Assembly (NCBI GenBank): GCA_964016885.1
Contig: OZ024744.1
Span: 101,680,001 to 101,744,000, forward strand
From: Eledone cirrhosa
Lineage: Eukaryota
Reading direction: 5' to 3'
Length of the DNA stretch: 64,000 bases
Notes under the pieces: model-generated
Seen by the model: only the letters and a program-made list of their open reading frames with translations
Database searches by the model: none
What the model was told of the DNA's origin: nothing
Shown: piece after piece, positions 13,601-26,884 of the stretch
Layout: every line of letters starts with the position of its first letter
How positions within the stretch are numbered: position 1 is the first letter of the stretch
Position numbers and translations under genes: made by a program

Positions 13601-16600
13601 GTTTATTATTGGCTTTAATTATTGTTGGTTTGTCTATTGTTGGCTTTGTTTATTGTTGGTTTCTTTATTGTTGGCTTTGTTTATTGTTGGTTTGTTTATT
13701 GTTGGCTTTGTTTATTGTGGGTTTGTTTATTGTTGGCTTTTTTTATTGTTGGTTTGTTATTGTTGGCTTTGTTTATTGTTCGTTTGTTTATTGTTGGTTT
13801 GTTTATTGTTGGCTTTGTTTATTGTTGGTTTGTTTATTGTTGGCTTTGTTTATTGTTGGTTTGTTTATTGTTGGCTTTGTTTATTGTTGGTTTGTTTATT
13901 GTTGGCTTTGTTTATTATGGGTTTGTTTATTGTTGGCTTTTTTTATTGTTGGTTTGTTTATTGTTGGCTTTGTTTATTGTTCGTTTGCTTATTGTTGATT
14001 TATTTATTGTTGGCTTTGTTTATTGTTGGTTTGTTTATTGTTGGCTTTGTTTATTGTTGGTTTGTTTATTATTTGCTTTGTTTATTGTTGGTTTGTTTAT
14101 TACTGGCTTTGTTTATTGTTGGTTTGTTTATTGGTGGCTTTGTTTATTGTTGGTTTGTTTATTGTCGGCTTTGTTTATTGTTGGCTTTGTTTATTGTTGG
14201 TTTGTTTATTATTGGCTTTAATTATTGTTGGTTTGTCTATTGTTGGCTTTGTTTATTGTTGGTTTGTTTATTGTTGGTTTTGATTATTGTTGCTTTCTTT
14301 ATTGTTGGTTTGTTTATTGTTGGCTTTGTTTATTGCTCGTTTGTTTAATGTTGGTTTGTTTATTATTTGCTTTGTTTATTGTTGGTTTGTTTATTGTTGG
14401 CTTTGTTTATTTTTGGTTTGTTTATTACTGGCTTTGTTTATTGTTGGTTTGTTTATTGTTGGCTTTGTTTATTGTTGGTTTGTTTATTGTTGGGTTTGTT
14501 TATTGTTGGGTTTTTTATTGCAGGCTTTGTTTAATGTTGGTTTGTTTTATTGTTGGCTTTGTTTATTTTTGGTTCCTTTATTGTTGGCTTTGTTTATTGT
14601 TGGTTTGATTATTGTTGGTTTGTTTATTGTTGGCTTTTTTATTGTTGGTTTGTTTATTGTTGGCTTTGTTTATTGTTGCTTTGTTTATTATTGGCTTTGT
14701 TTATTGTTCGTTTCTTTATTGTTGGCTTTGTTTATTGATGGTTGGTTTATTGTTGGCTTTGTTTATTGTTGGTTTGTTTATTGGTGGCTTTGTTTAATGT
14801 TGGTTTGTTTATTGTTGGCTCTGTTTATTGTTGGCTTTGTTTATTGTTGGTTTGTTTATTATTGGCTTTAATTATTGTTGGTTTGTCTATTGTTGGCTTT
14901 GTTTATTGTTGGTTTGTTTATTGTCGGTTTTGTTTATTGTTGCTTTCTTTATTGTTGGTTTGTTTATTGTTGGCTTTGTTTATTGCTCGTTTGTTTATTG
15001 TTGGTTTGTTTATTGTTGGCTTTGTTTATTGTTGGTTTGTTTATTGTTGGCTTTGTTTAATGTTGGTTTGTTTATTGTTGGCTTTGTTTATTGTTGGGTT
15101 TTTTATTGCAGGCTTTGTTTAATGTTGGTTTGTTTTATTGTTGGCTTTATTTATTTTTGGTTCCTTTATTGTTGGCTTTGTTTATTGTTGGTTTGTTTAT
15201 TGTTGGCTTTGTTTATTGTTGGTTTGTTTATTGTTGGCTTTGTTTATTGTTGGTTTGTTTATTGGTGGATTTGTTTATTATTTACTTTGTTTATTGTTGG
15301 TTTGTTTATTGTTGGCTTTGTTTATTTTGGGTTTGTTTATTACTGGCTTTGTTTATTTTTGGTTCCTTTATTGTTGGCTTTGTTTATTGTTGGTTTGTTT
15401 ATTGTTGGCTTCGTTTATTGTTGGTTTGTTTATTGTTGGCTTTTTTATTGTTGGTTTGTTTATTGTTGGCTTTGTTTATTGTTGGTTTGTTTATTATTGG
15501 CTTTGTTTATCGTTGGTTTCTTTATTGTTGGCTTTGTTTATTGATGGTTTGTTTATTGTTGGCTTTGTTTATTGTTGGTTTGTTTATTGGTGGATTTGTT
15601 TATTGTTGGTTTGTTTATTGTTGGCTCTGTTTATTGTTGGCTTTGTTTATTGTTGGTTTGTTTATTATTGGCTTTAATTATTGTGGGTTTGTCTATTGTT
15701 GGCTTTGTTTATTGTTGGTTCGTTTATTGTCGGTTTTGTTTATTGTTGCTTTCTTTATTGTTGGTTTGTTTATTGTTGGCTTTGTTTATTGCTCGTTTGT
15801 TTATTGTTGGTTTGTTTATTGTTGGCTTTGTTTATTGTTGGTTTGTTTATTGTTGGCTTTGTTTATAGTTGGTTTGTTTATTGTTGGCTTTGTTTATTGT
15901 TGGGTTTTTTATTGCAGGCTTTGTTTAATGTTGGTTTGTTTTATTGTTGACTTTGTTTATTTTTGGTTCCTTTATTGTTGGCTTTGTTTATTGTTGGTTT
16001 GTTTATTGTTGGCTTTGTTTATTGTTGGTTTGTTTATTGTTGGCTTTTTTTATTGTTGGTTTGTTTATTGTTGGCTTTGTTTATTGTTGGTTTGTTTATT
16101 GGTGGATTTGTTTATTGTTGGTTTGCTTATTGGTGGCTTTGTTTATTGTTGGTTTGTTTATTGTTGGCTTTGTTTATTCTTGGTTTGTTTATTGCTGGCT
16201 TTGTTTAATTTTAGTTTGTTTATTGTTGGCTTTGTTTATTTTTTGTTTGTTTATTGTTGGCTTTGTTTATTGTTGGTTTGTTTATTGTTGGTTTGTTTAT
16301 TGTTCGCTTTCTTTATTGTTGGTTTGTTTATTATTGGCTTTGTTTATTGTTGGTTTGATTATTGTTGGCTTTGTTTATTGTTGGTTTGTTCATTGTTGGC
16401 TTTGTTTATTGCTGGTTTGTTTATTGGTGGCTTTGTTTATTGTTGGTTTGTTTATTGTTGGCTTTGTTTATTGTTGGCTTTGTTTATTGTTGGTTTGTTT
16501 ATTATTGGCTTTGTTTATTGTTGTTCTGTTTATTTGTGGCTTTGTTTATTGTTGGTTTGTTTATTGTTAGCTTTGTTTATTGTTGATTTGTTTATTATTG

Positions 16601-19600
16601 GCTTTAATTATTGTTGGTTTGTCTATTGTTGGCTTTGTTTATTGTTGGTTTCTTTATTGTTGGCTTTGTTTATTGTTGGTTTGTTTATTGTTGGCTTTGT
16701 TTATTGTGGGTTTGTTTATTGTTGGCTTTTTTTATTGTTGGTTTGTTATTGTTGGCTTTGTTTATTGTTCGTTTGTTTATTGTTGGTTTGTTTATTGTTG
16801 GCTTTGTTTATTGTTGGTTTGTTTATTGTTGGCTTTGTTTATTGTTGGTTTGTTTATTGTTGGCTTTGTTTATTGTTGGTTTGTTTATTGTTGGCTTTGT
16901 TTATTATGGGTTTGTTTATTGTTGGCTTTTTTTATTGTTGGTTTGTTTATTGTTGGCTTTGTTTATTGTTCGTTTGCTTATTGTTGATTTATTTATTGTT
17001 GGCTTTGTTTATTGTTGGTTTGTTTATTGTTGGCTTTGTTTATTGTTGGTTTGTTTATTATTTGCTTTGTTTATTGTTGGTTTGTTTATTACTGGCTTTG
17101 TTTATTGTTGGTTTGTTTATTGGTGGCTTTGTTTATTGTTGGTTTGTTTATTGTCGGCTTTGTTTATTGTTGGCTTTGTTTATTGTTGGTTTGTTTATTA
17201 TTGGCTTTAATTATTGTTGGTTTGTCTATTGTTGGCTTTGTTTATTGTTGGTTTGTTTATTGTTGGTTTTGATTATTGTTGCTTTCTTTATTGTTGGTTT
17301 GTTTATTGTTGGCTTTGTTTATTGCTCGTTTGTTTAATGTTGGTTTGTTTATTATTTGCTTTGTTTATTGTTGGTTTGTTTATTGTTGGCTTTGTTTATT
17401 TTTGGTTTGTTTATTACTGGCTTTGTTTATTGTTGGTTTGTTTATTGTTGGCTTTGTTTATTGTTGGTTTGTTTATTGTTGGGTTTGTTTATTGTTGGGT
17501 TTTTTATTGCAGGCTTTGTTTAATGTTGGTTTGTTTTATTGTTGGCTTTGTTTATTTTTGGTTCCTTTATTGTTGGCTTTGTTTATTGTTGGTTTGATTA
17601 TTGTTGGTTTGTTTATTGTTGGCTTTTTTATTGTTGGTTTGTTTATTGTTGGCTTTGTTTATTGTTGCTTTGTTTATTATTGGCTTTGTTTATTGTTCGT
17701 TTCTTTATTGTTGGCTTTGTTTATTGATGGTTGGTTTATTGTTGGCTTTGTTTATTGTTGGTTTGTTTATTGGTGGCTTTGTTTAATGTTGGTTTGTTTA
17801 TTGTTGGCTCTGTTTATTGTTGGCTTTGTTTATTGTTGGTTTGTTTATTATTGGCTTTAATTATTGTTGGTTTGTCTATTGTTGGCTTTGTTTATTGTTG
17901 GTTTGTTTATTGTCGGTTTTGTTTATTGTTGCTTTCTTTATTGTTGGTTTGTTTATTGTTGGCTTTGTTTATTGCTCGTTTGTTTATTGTTGGTTTGTTT
18001 ATTGTTGGCTTTGTTTATTGTTGGTTTGTTTATTGTTGGCTTTGTTTAATGTTGGTTTGTTTATTGTTGGCTTTGTTTATTGTTGGGTTTTTTATTGCAG
18101 GCTTTGTTTAATGTTGGTTTGTTTTATTGTTGGCTTTATTTATTTTTGGTTCCTTTATTGTTGGCTTTGTTTATTGTTGGTTTGTTTATTGTTGGCTTTG
18201 TTTATTGTTGGTTTGTTTATTGTTGGCTTTGTTTATTGTTGGTTTGTTTATTGGTGGATTTGTTTATTATTTACTTTGTTTATTGTTGGTTTATTTATTG
18301 TTGGCTTTGTTTATTTTGGGTTTGTTTATTACTGGCTTTGTTTATTGTTGGTTTGTTTATTGTTGGCTTTGTTTATTGTTGGTTTGTTTATTGTTGGCTT
18401 TGTTTATTGTTGGGTTTTTTTATTGCAGGCTTTGTTTAATGTTGGTTTGTTTTATTGTTGGCTTTGTTTATTTTTGGTTCCTTTATTGTTGGCTTTGTTT
18501 ATTGTTGGTTTGTTTATTGTTGGCTTTGTTTATTGTTGGTTTGTTTATTGTTGGCTTTTTTTATTGTTGGTTCGTTTATTGTTGGCTTTGTTTATTGTTG
18601 GTTTGTTTATTGGTGGATTTTTTTTATTGTTGGTTTGCTTATTGGTGGCTTTGTTAATTGTTGGTTTATTTATTATTGGCTTTAATTATTGTTGGTTTGT
18701 TTATTGTTGGTTTGTTTATTGTTGGTTTGTTTATTGTTGCTTTGTTTATTGTTGGTTTGTTTATTGTTGGTTTGTTTATTGTTGGTTTGTTTATTGTTGG
18801 TTTGTTTATTGTAGGCTTTGTTTAATGTTGGTTCGTTTATTGTTGGCTTTGTTTATTGTTGGTTTCTTTATTGTTCGTTTGTTTTTTGTTAGTTTGTTTA
18901 TTGTTGTCTTTGTTTATTTTTGGTTTGTTTATTGTCGGCTTTGTTTATTGTTGGTTTGTTTATTGTTGGCTTTCTTTATTGTTAGTTTGTTTATTATTGG
19001 CTTGGTTTATTGTTGGTTTATTTATTGTTGGTTTGTTTATTGTTGGCTTTGTTTATTTTTGGTTTGTTTATTGTTGGCTTTGTATATTTTTGGTTTGTTT
19101 ATATACTGGCTTTTTTTATTGTTGGTTTGTTTATTGTTGGCTTTGTTTATAGTTGGTTTGTTTATTGTTGGTTTGTTTATTGTTGGCTTTGTTTATTGTT
19201 GGTTTGTTTATTGCTGGCTTTGTTTAATGTTAATTTGTTTATTGTTGGCTTTGTTTATTTTTTGTTTGTATATTGTTGGCTTTGTTTATTGTTGGTTTGT
19301 TTATTGTTGGCTTTGTTTATTGTTGGTTTGTTTATTGTTCGCTTTCTTTATTGTTGGTTTGTTTATTATTGGCTTTGTTTATTGTTGGTTTCTTTATTGT
19401 TGGCTTTGTTTATTGTTGGTTTGTTTATTGTTGGTTTTGTTTATTGTTGGTTTGTTTATTGTTGGCTTTGTTTATTGCTCGTTTGTTTATTGTTGGTTTG
19501 TTTATTGTTGGCTTTGTTTATTGTTGGTTTGTTTATTGTTGGCTTTGTTTATTGTTGGTTTGTTTATTGTTGGCTTTGTTTATTGTTGGTTTGTTTATTG

Positions 19601-21300
19601 TTGGCTTTGTTTATTATGGGTTTGTTTATTGTTGGCTTTTTTTATTGTTGGTTTGTTTATTGTTGGCTTTGTTTATTGTTCGTTTGCTTATTGTTGATTT
19701 ATTTATTGTTGGCTTTGTTTATTGTTGGTTTGTTTATTGTTGGTTTTGTTTATTGTTGGTTTGTTTATTATTTGCTTTGTTTATTGTTGGTTTGTTTATT
19801 GTTGGCTTTGTTTATTTTTGGTTTGTTTATTACTGGCTTTGTTTATTGTTGGTTTGTTTATTGTCGGCTTTGTTTATTGTTGGTTTGTTTATTGTTGGCT
19901 TTGTTTATTGTTGGGTTTTTTATTGCAGGCTTTGTTTAATGTTGGTTTGTTTTATTGGTGGCTTTGTTTATTTTTGGTTCCTTTATTGTTGGCTTTGTTT
20001 ATTGTTGGTTTGTTTATTGTTGGCTTTGTTTATTGTTGGTTTGTTTATTGCTGGCTTTTTTATTGTTGGTTTGTTTATTGTTGGCTTTGTTTATTGTTGG
20101 TTTGTTTGTTATTGGCTTTGTTTATCGTTGGTTTCTTTATTGTTGGCTTTGTTTATTGATGGTTTGTTTATTGTTGGCTTTGTTTATTGTTGGTTTGTTT
20201 ATTGGTGGATTTGTTTATTGTTGGTTTGTTTATTGTTGGCTCTGTTTATTGTTGGCTTTGTTTATTGTTGGTTTGTTTATTATTGGCTTTAATTATTGTC
20301 GGTTTGTCTAGTGTTGGCTTTGTTTATTGTTGGTTTGTTTATTGTCGGTTTTGTTTATTGTTGCTTTCTTTATTGTTGGTTTGTTTATTGTTGGCTTTGT
20401 TTATTGCTCGTTTGTTTATTGTTGGTTTGTTTATTGTTGGCTTTGTTTATTGTTGGTTTGTTTATTGTTGGCTTTGTTTATAGTTGGTTTGTTTATTGTT
20501 GGCTTTGTTTATTGTTGGGATTTTTATTGCAGGCTTTGTTTAATGTTGGTTTGTTTTATTGTTGACTTTGTTTATTTTTGGTTCCTTTATTGTTGGCTTT
20601 GTTTATTGTTGGTTTGTTTATTGTTGGCTTTGTTTATTGTTGGTTTGTTTATTGTTGGCTTTTTTTATTGTTGGTTTGTTTATTGTTGGCTTGGTTTATT
20701 GTTGGTTTGTTTATTGGTGGATTTGTTTATTGTTGGTTTGCTTATTGGTGGCTTTGTTTATTGTTGGTTTGTTTATTGTTGGCTTTGTTTATTCTTGGTT
20801 TGTTTATTGCTGGCTTTGTTTAATTTTAGTTTGTTTATTGTTGGCTTTGTTTATTTTTTGTTTGTTTATTGTTGGCTTTGTTTATTGTTGGTTTGTTTAT
20901 TGTTGGTTTGTTTATTGTTGGCTTTGTTTATTGTTGGTTTGTTTATTGTTCGCTTTCTTTATTGTTGGTTTGTTTATTATTGGCTTTGTTTATTGTTGGT
21001 TTGATTATTGTTGGCTTTGTTTATTGTTGGTTTGTTCATTGTTGGCTTTGTTTATTGCTGGTTTGTTTATTGGTGGCTTTGTTTATTGTTGGTTTGTTTA
21101 TTGTTGGCTTTGTTTATTGTTGGCTTTGTTTATTGTTGGTTTGTTTATTATTGGCTTTGTTTATTGTTGTTCTGTTTATTTGTGGCTTTGTTTATTGTTG
21201 GTTTGTTTATTGTTAGCTTTGTTTATTGTTGATTTGTTTATTATTGGCTTTAATTATTGTTGGTTTGTCTATTGTTGGCTTTGTTTATTGTTGGTTTCTT
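7640..21300. repeat. Block ~7640-10680 duplicated at ~18310-21300 (offset 10686, then 10624 after a 62-bp indel)
   Basis: ORF pairs 8170/18856 and 8324/19010 (offset 10686), and 8649/19273, 9098/19722, 9331/19955, 9935/20559, 10602/21226 (offset 10624). The copies share the rare variant 'ttttattggtggc' at 9331/19955. Confidence 0.9.
9347..18345. repeat. Tandem triplication of a 2989-bp HOR unit (copy 1 is 3020 bp, with one extra 31-bp dimer)
   Basis: Near-identical or identical ORF translations recur at a 2989 offset: 12102/15091/18080, 11034/14023/17012, 10384/13373/16362. The offset is 3020 for 9672/12692 and 9935/12955. The 748-aa translations at 12102 and 15091 are identical. Confidence 0.95.
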
Positions 21301-22619
21301 TATTGTTGGCTTTTTTTATTGTTGGTTTGTTATTGTTGGCTTTGTTTATTGTTCGTTTGTTTATTGTTGGTTTGTTTATTGTTGGCTTTGTTTATTGTTG
21401 GTTTGTTTATTGTTGGCTTTGTTTATTGTTGGTTTGTTTATTGTTGGCTTTGTGTATTGTTGGTTTGTTTATTGTTGGCTTTGTTTATTATGGGTTTGTT
21501 TATTGTTGGCTTTTTTTATTGTTGGTTTGTTTATTGTTGGCTTTGTTTATTGTTCGTTTGCTTATTGTTGATTTATTTATTGTTGGCTTTGTTTATTGTT
21601 GGTTTGTTTATTGTTGGCTTTGCTTATTGTTGGCTTTGTTTATTGTTGGTTTGTTTATTGTTGGCTTTGTTTATTGTGGGTTTGTTTATTGTTGGCTTTG
21701 TTTATTATGGGTTTGTTTATTGTTGGCTTTTTTTATTGTTGGTTTGTTTATTGTTGGCTTTGTTTATTGTTCGTTTGCTTATTGTTGATTTATTTATTGT
21801 TGGCTTTGTTTATTGTTGGTTTGTTTATTGTTGGCTTTGTTTATTGTTGGTTTGTTTATTATTTGCTTTGTTTATTGTTGGTTTGTTTATTGTTGGCTTT
21901 GTTTATTTTTGGTTTGTTTATTACAGGCTTTGTTTATTGTTGGTTTGTTTATTGTCGGCTTTGTTTATTGTTGGTTTGTTTATTGTTGGCTTTGTTTATT
22001 GTTGGGTTTTTTATTGCAGGCTTTGTTTAATGTTGGTTTGTTTTATTGTTGGCTTTGTTTATTTTTGGTTCCTTTATTGTTGGCTTTGTTTATTGTTGGT
22101 TTGATTATTGTTGGTTTGTTTATTGTTGGCTTTTTTATTGTTGGTTTGTTTATTGTTGGCTTTGTTTATTGTTGGTTTGTTTATTATTGGCTTTGTTTAT
22201 TGTTCGTTTCTTTATTGTTGGCTTTGTTTATTGATGGTTGGTTTATTGTTGGCTTTGTTTATTGTTGGTTTGTTTATTGGTGGCTTTGTTTAATGTTGGT
22301 TTGTTTATTGTTGGCTCTGTTTATTGTTGGCTTTGTTTATTGTTGGTTTGTTTATTATTGGCTTTAATTATTGTTGGTTTGTCTATTGTTGGCTTTGTTT
22401 ATTGTTGGTTTGTTTATTGTCGGTTTTGTTTATTGTTGCTTTCTTTATTGTTGGTTTGTTTATTGTTGGCTTTGTTTATTGCTCGTTTGTTTATTGTTGG
22501 TTTGTTTATTGTTGGCTTTGTTTATTGTTGGTTTGTTTATTGTTGGCTTTGTTTATTGTTGGTTTGTTTATTGTTGGCTTTGTTTATTGTTGGGTTTTTT
22601 ATTGCAGGCTTTGTTTAAT

Positions 22620-25580
22620 GTTGGTTTGTTTTATTGTTGGCTTTGTTTATTTTTGGTTCCTTTATTGTTGGCTTTGTTTATTGTTGGTTTGTTTATTGTT
22701 GGCTTTGTTTATTGTTGGTTTGTTTATTGTTGGCTTTGTTTATTGTTGGTTTGTTTATTGGTGGATTTGTTTATTGTTGGTTTGTTTATTGTTGGCTTTA
22801 TTTATTGTTGGCTTTGTTTATTGTTGGTTTGTTTATTGTTGGCTTTGTTTATTGTTGGTTTTCTTATTGGTGGCTTTGTTTATTGTTGGTTTGTTTATTG
22901 TTGGCTTTGTTAATTGTTGGTTTATTTATTATTGGCTTTAATTATTGTTGGTTTGTCTATTGTTGGCTTTGTTTATTGTTGGTTTGTTTATTGCTGGCTT
23001 TGTGTATTATTGGCTTTGTTTATTGTTGGTTTGTTTATTGTTGCTTTGTTTATTGTTGGTTTGTTTATTGTAGGCTTTGTTTAATGTTGGTTCGTTTATT
23101 GTTGGTTTCTTTATTGTTGGTTTGTTTTTTGTTAGTTTGTTTTTTGTTAGTTTGTTTATTGTTGGCTTTGTTTATTTTTGGTTTGTTTATTGTTGGCTTT
23201 GTATATTTTTGGTTTGTTTATATACTGGCTTTGTTTATTGTTGGTTTGTTTATTGTTGGCTTTGTTTATAGTTGGTTTGTTTATTGTTGGTTTGTTTATT
23301 GTTGGCTTTGTTTATTGTTGGTTTGTTTATTGCTGGCTTTGTTTAATTTTAGTTTGTTTATTGTTGGCTTTGTTTATTTTTTGTTTGTTTATTTATTGTT
23401 GGCTTGTTTATTATTGGCTTTGTTTATTGTTGGTTTGTTTATTGTTGGCTTTGTTTATTGTTTGTTTGTTCATTGTTGGCTTTGTTTATTGCTGGTTTGT
23501 TTATTGGTGGCTTTGTTTATTGTTGGTTTGTTTATTGTTGGTTTGTTTATTATTGGCTTTGTTTATTGTTGTTTTGCTTATTTGTGGCTTTGTTTATTGT
23601 TGGTTTGTTTATTGTTAGCTTTGTTTATTGTTGGTTTGTTTATTATTGGCTTTAATTATTGTTGGTTTGTCTATTGTTGGCTTTGTTTATTGTTGGTTTG
23701 TTTATTGTTGGCTTTGTTTATTGTGGGTTTGTTTATTGTTGGCTTTTTTTATTGTTGGTTTGTTATTGTTGGCTTTGTTTATTGTTCGTTTGTTTATTGT
23801 TGGTTTGTTTATTTTTGGCTTTGTTTATTGTTGGTTTGTTTATTGTTGGCTTTGTTTATTGTTGGTTTGTTTATTATTTGCTTTGTTTATTGTTGGTTTG
23901 TTTATTGTTGGCTTTGTTTATTTTTGGTTTGTTTATTACTGGCTTTGTTTATTGTTGTTTTGTTTATTGTCGGCTTTGTTTATTGTTGGTTTGTTTATTG
24001 TTGGCTTTGTTTATTGTTGGGTTTTTTATTGCAGGCTTTGTTTAATGTTGGTTTGTTTTATTGTTGGCTTTGTTTATTTTTGGTTCCTTTATTGTTGGCT
24101 TTGTTTATTGTTGGTTTGATTATTGTTGGCTTTGTTTATTGTTGGTTTGTTTATTGGTGGATTTGTTTATTGTTGGTTTGTTTATTGTTGGCTTTATTTA
24201 TTGTTGGCTTTGTTTATTGTTGGTTTGTTTATTGTTGGCTTTGTTTATTGTTGGTTTACTTATTGGTGGCTTTGTTTATTGTTGGTTTGTTTATTGTTGG
24301 CTTTGTTAATTGTTGGTTTATTTATTATTGGCTTTAATTATTGTTGGTTTGTCTATTGTTGGCTTTGTTTATTGTTGGTTTGTTTATTGCTGGCTTTGTG
24401 TATTATTGGCTTTGTTTATTGTTGGTTTGTTTATTGTTGCTTTGTTTATTGTTGGTTTGTTTATTGTAGGCTTTGTTTAATGTTGGTTCGTTTATTGTTG
24501 GTTTCTTTATTGTTGGTTTGTTTTTTGTTAGTTTGTTTTTTGTTAGTTTGTTTATTGTTGTCTTCGTTTATTTTTGGTTTGTTTATTGTTGGCTTTGTTT
24601 ATTTTTGGTTTGTTTATTGTTGGCTTTGTATATTTTTGGTTTGTTTATATACTGGCTTTGTTTATTGTTGGTTTGTTTATTGTTGGCTTTGTTTATAGTT
24701 GGTTTGTTTATTGTTGGTTTGTTTATTGTTGGCTTTGTTTATTGTTGGTTTGTTTATTGCTGGCTTTGTTTAATTTTAGTTTGTTTATTGTTGGCTTTGT
24801 TTATTTTTTGTTTGTTTATTGTTGACTTTGTTTATTGTTGGCTTGTTTATTGTTGGTTTGTTTATTGTTGGCTTTGTTTATTGTTGGTTTGTTTATTGTT
24901 CGCTTTCTTTATTGTTGGTTTGTTTATTATTGGCTTTGTTTATTGTTGGTTTGTTTATTGTTGGCTTTGTTTATTGTTGGTTTGTTCATTGTTGGCTTTG
25001 TTTATTGCTGGTTTGTTTATTGGTGGCTTTGTTTATTGTTGGTTTGTTTATTGTTGGTTTGTTTATTATTGGCTTTGTTTATTGTTGTTTTGCTTATTTG
25101 TGGCTTTGTTTTATTGTTGGTTTTTTTATTGTTAGCTTTGTTTATTGTTGGTTTGTTTATTATTGGCTTTAATTATTGTTGGTTTGTCTATTGTTGGCTT
25201 TGTTTATTGTTGGTTTGTTTATTGTTGGCTTTGTTTATTGTGGGTTTGTCTATTGTTGGCTTTTTTTATTGTTGGTTTGTTATTGTTGGCTTTGTTTATT
25301 GTTCGTTTGTTTATTGTTGGTTTGTTTATTTTTGGCTTTGTTTATTGTTGGTTTGTTTATTGTTGGCTTTGTTTATTGTTGGTTTGTTTATTATTTGCTT
25401 TGTTTATTGTTGGTTTGTTTATTGTTGGTTTTGTTTATTTTTGGTTTGTTTATTACTGGCTTTGTTTATTGTTGGTTTGTTTATTGTCGGCTTTGTTTAT
25501 TGTTGGTTTGTTTATTGTTGGCTTTGTTTATTGTTGGGTTTTTTATTGCAGGCTTTGTTTAATGTTGGTTTGTTTTATTG
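22620..25580. repeat. Imperfect tandem duplication of a ~1.4-1.5-kb block; related copies near 29260-30530 and 34960-36230
   Basis: ORF start offsets 23077/24473 (1396) and 23628/25145, 23659/25176 (1517); ORF end offset 22913/24309 (1396). The copies share the variant 'ttttttgttagtttgttttttgttag'. Confidence 0.85.
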
Positions 25581-26884
25581 TTGGCTTTGTTTATTGTTGG
25601 TTTGTTTATTATTGGCTTTGTTTATTGTTGGTTTGTTTATTGTTGGCTTTGTTTATTGATGGTTTGTTTATTGTTGGCTTTGTTTATTGTTGGTTTGTTT
25701 ATTGTTGGATTTTTTATTGTTGGTTTGTTTATTGATGGCTTTGTTTATTGTTGGTTTGTTTATTATTGGCTTTGTTTATTGTTGGTTTGTTTATTGTTGG
25801 CTTTGTTTATTGATGGTTTGTTTATTGTTGGCTTTGTTTATTGTTGGTTTGTTTATTGGTGGCTTTGTTTATTGTTGGTTTGTTTATTGTTGGCTTTGTT
25901 TATTGTTGGCTTTGTTTATTGTTGGTTTGTTTATTATTGGCTTTGTTTATTGTTGGTTTGTCTATTGTTGGCTTTGTTTATTGTTGGTTTGTTTATTGTT
26001 GGTTTTGTTTATTGTTGCTTTCTTTATTGTTGGTTTGTTTATTGTTGGCTTTGTTTATTGCTCGTTTGTTTATTGTTGGTTTGTTTATTGTTGGCTTTGT
26101 TTATTGTTGGTTTGTTTATTATTTGCTTTGTTTATTGTTGGTTTGTTTATTGTTGGCTTGTTTATTTTTGGTTTGTTTATTACTGGCTTTGTTTATTGTT
26201 GGTTTGTTTATTGTTGGCTTTGTTTATTGTTGGTCTGTTTATTGTTGGCTTTGTTTATTGTTGGGTTTTTTATTGCAGGCTTTGTTTAATGTTGGTTTGT
26301 TTTATTGTTGGCTTTGTTTATTTTTGGTTCCTTTATTGTTGGCTTTGTTTATTGTTGGTTTGTTTATTGTTGGCTTTGTTTATTGTTGGTTTGTTTATTG
26401 TTGGCTTTTTTTATTGTTGGTTTGTTTATTGTTGGCTTTGTTTATTGTTGGTTTGTTTATTGGTGGATTTTTTTATTGTTGGTTTGCTTATTGGATGCTT
26501 TGTTAATTGTTGGTTTATTTATTATTGGCTTTAATTATTGTTGGTTTGTTTATTGTTGGTTTGTTTATTGTTGGTTTGTTTATTGTTGCTTTGTTTATTG
26601 TTGGTTTGTTTATTGTTGGTTTGTTTATTGTTGGTTTGTTTATTGTTGGTTTGTTTATTGTAGGCTTTGTTTAATGTTGGTTCGTTTATTGTTGGCTTTG
26701 TTTATTGTTGGTTTCTTTATTGTTCGTTTGTTTTTTTTTAGTTTGTTTATTGTTGTCTTTGTTTATTTTTGGTTTGTTTATTGTCGGCTTTGTTTATTGT
26801 TGGTTTGTTTATTGTTGGCTTTCTTTATTGTTAGTTTGTTTATTATTGACTTGGTTTATTGTTGGTTTATTTATTGTTGGTTTG

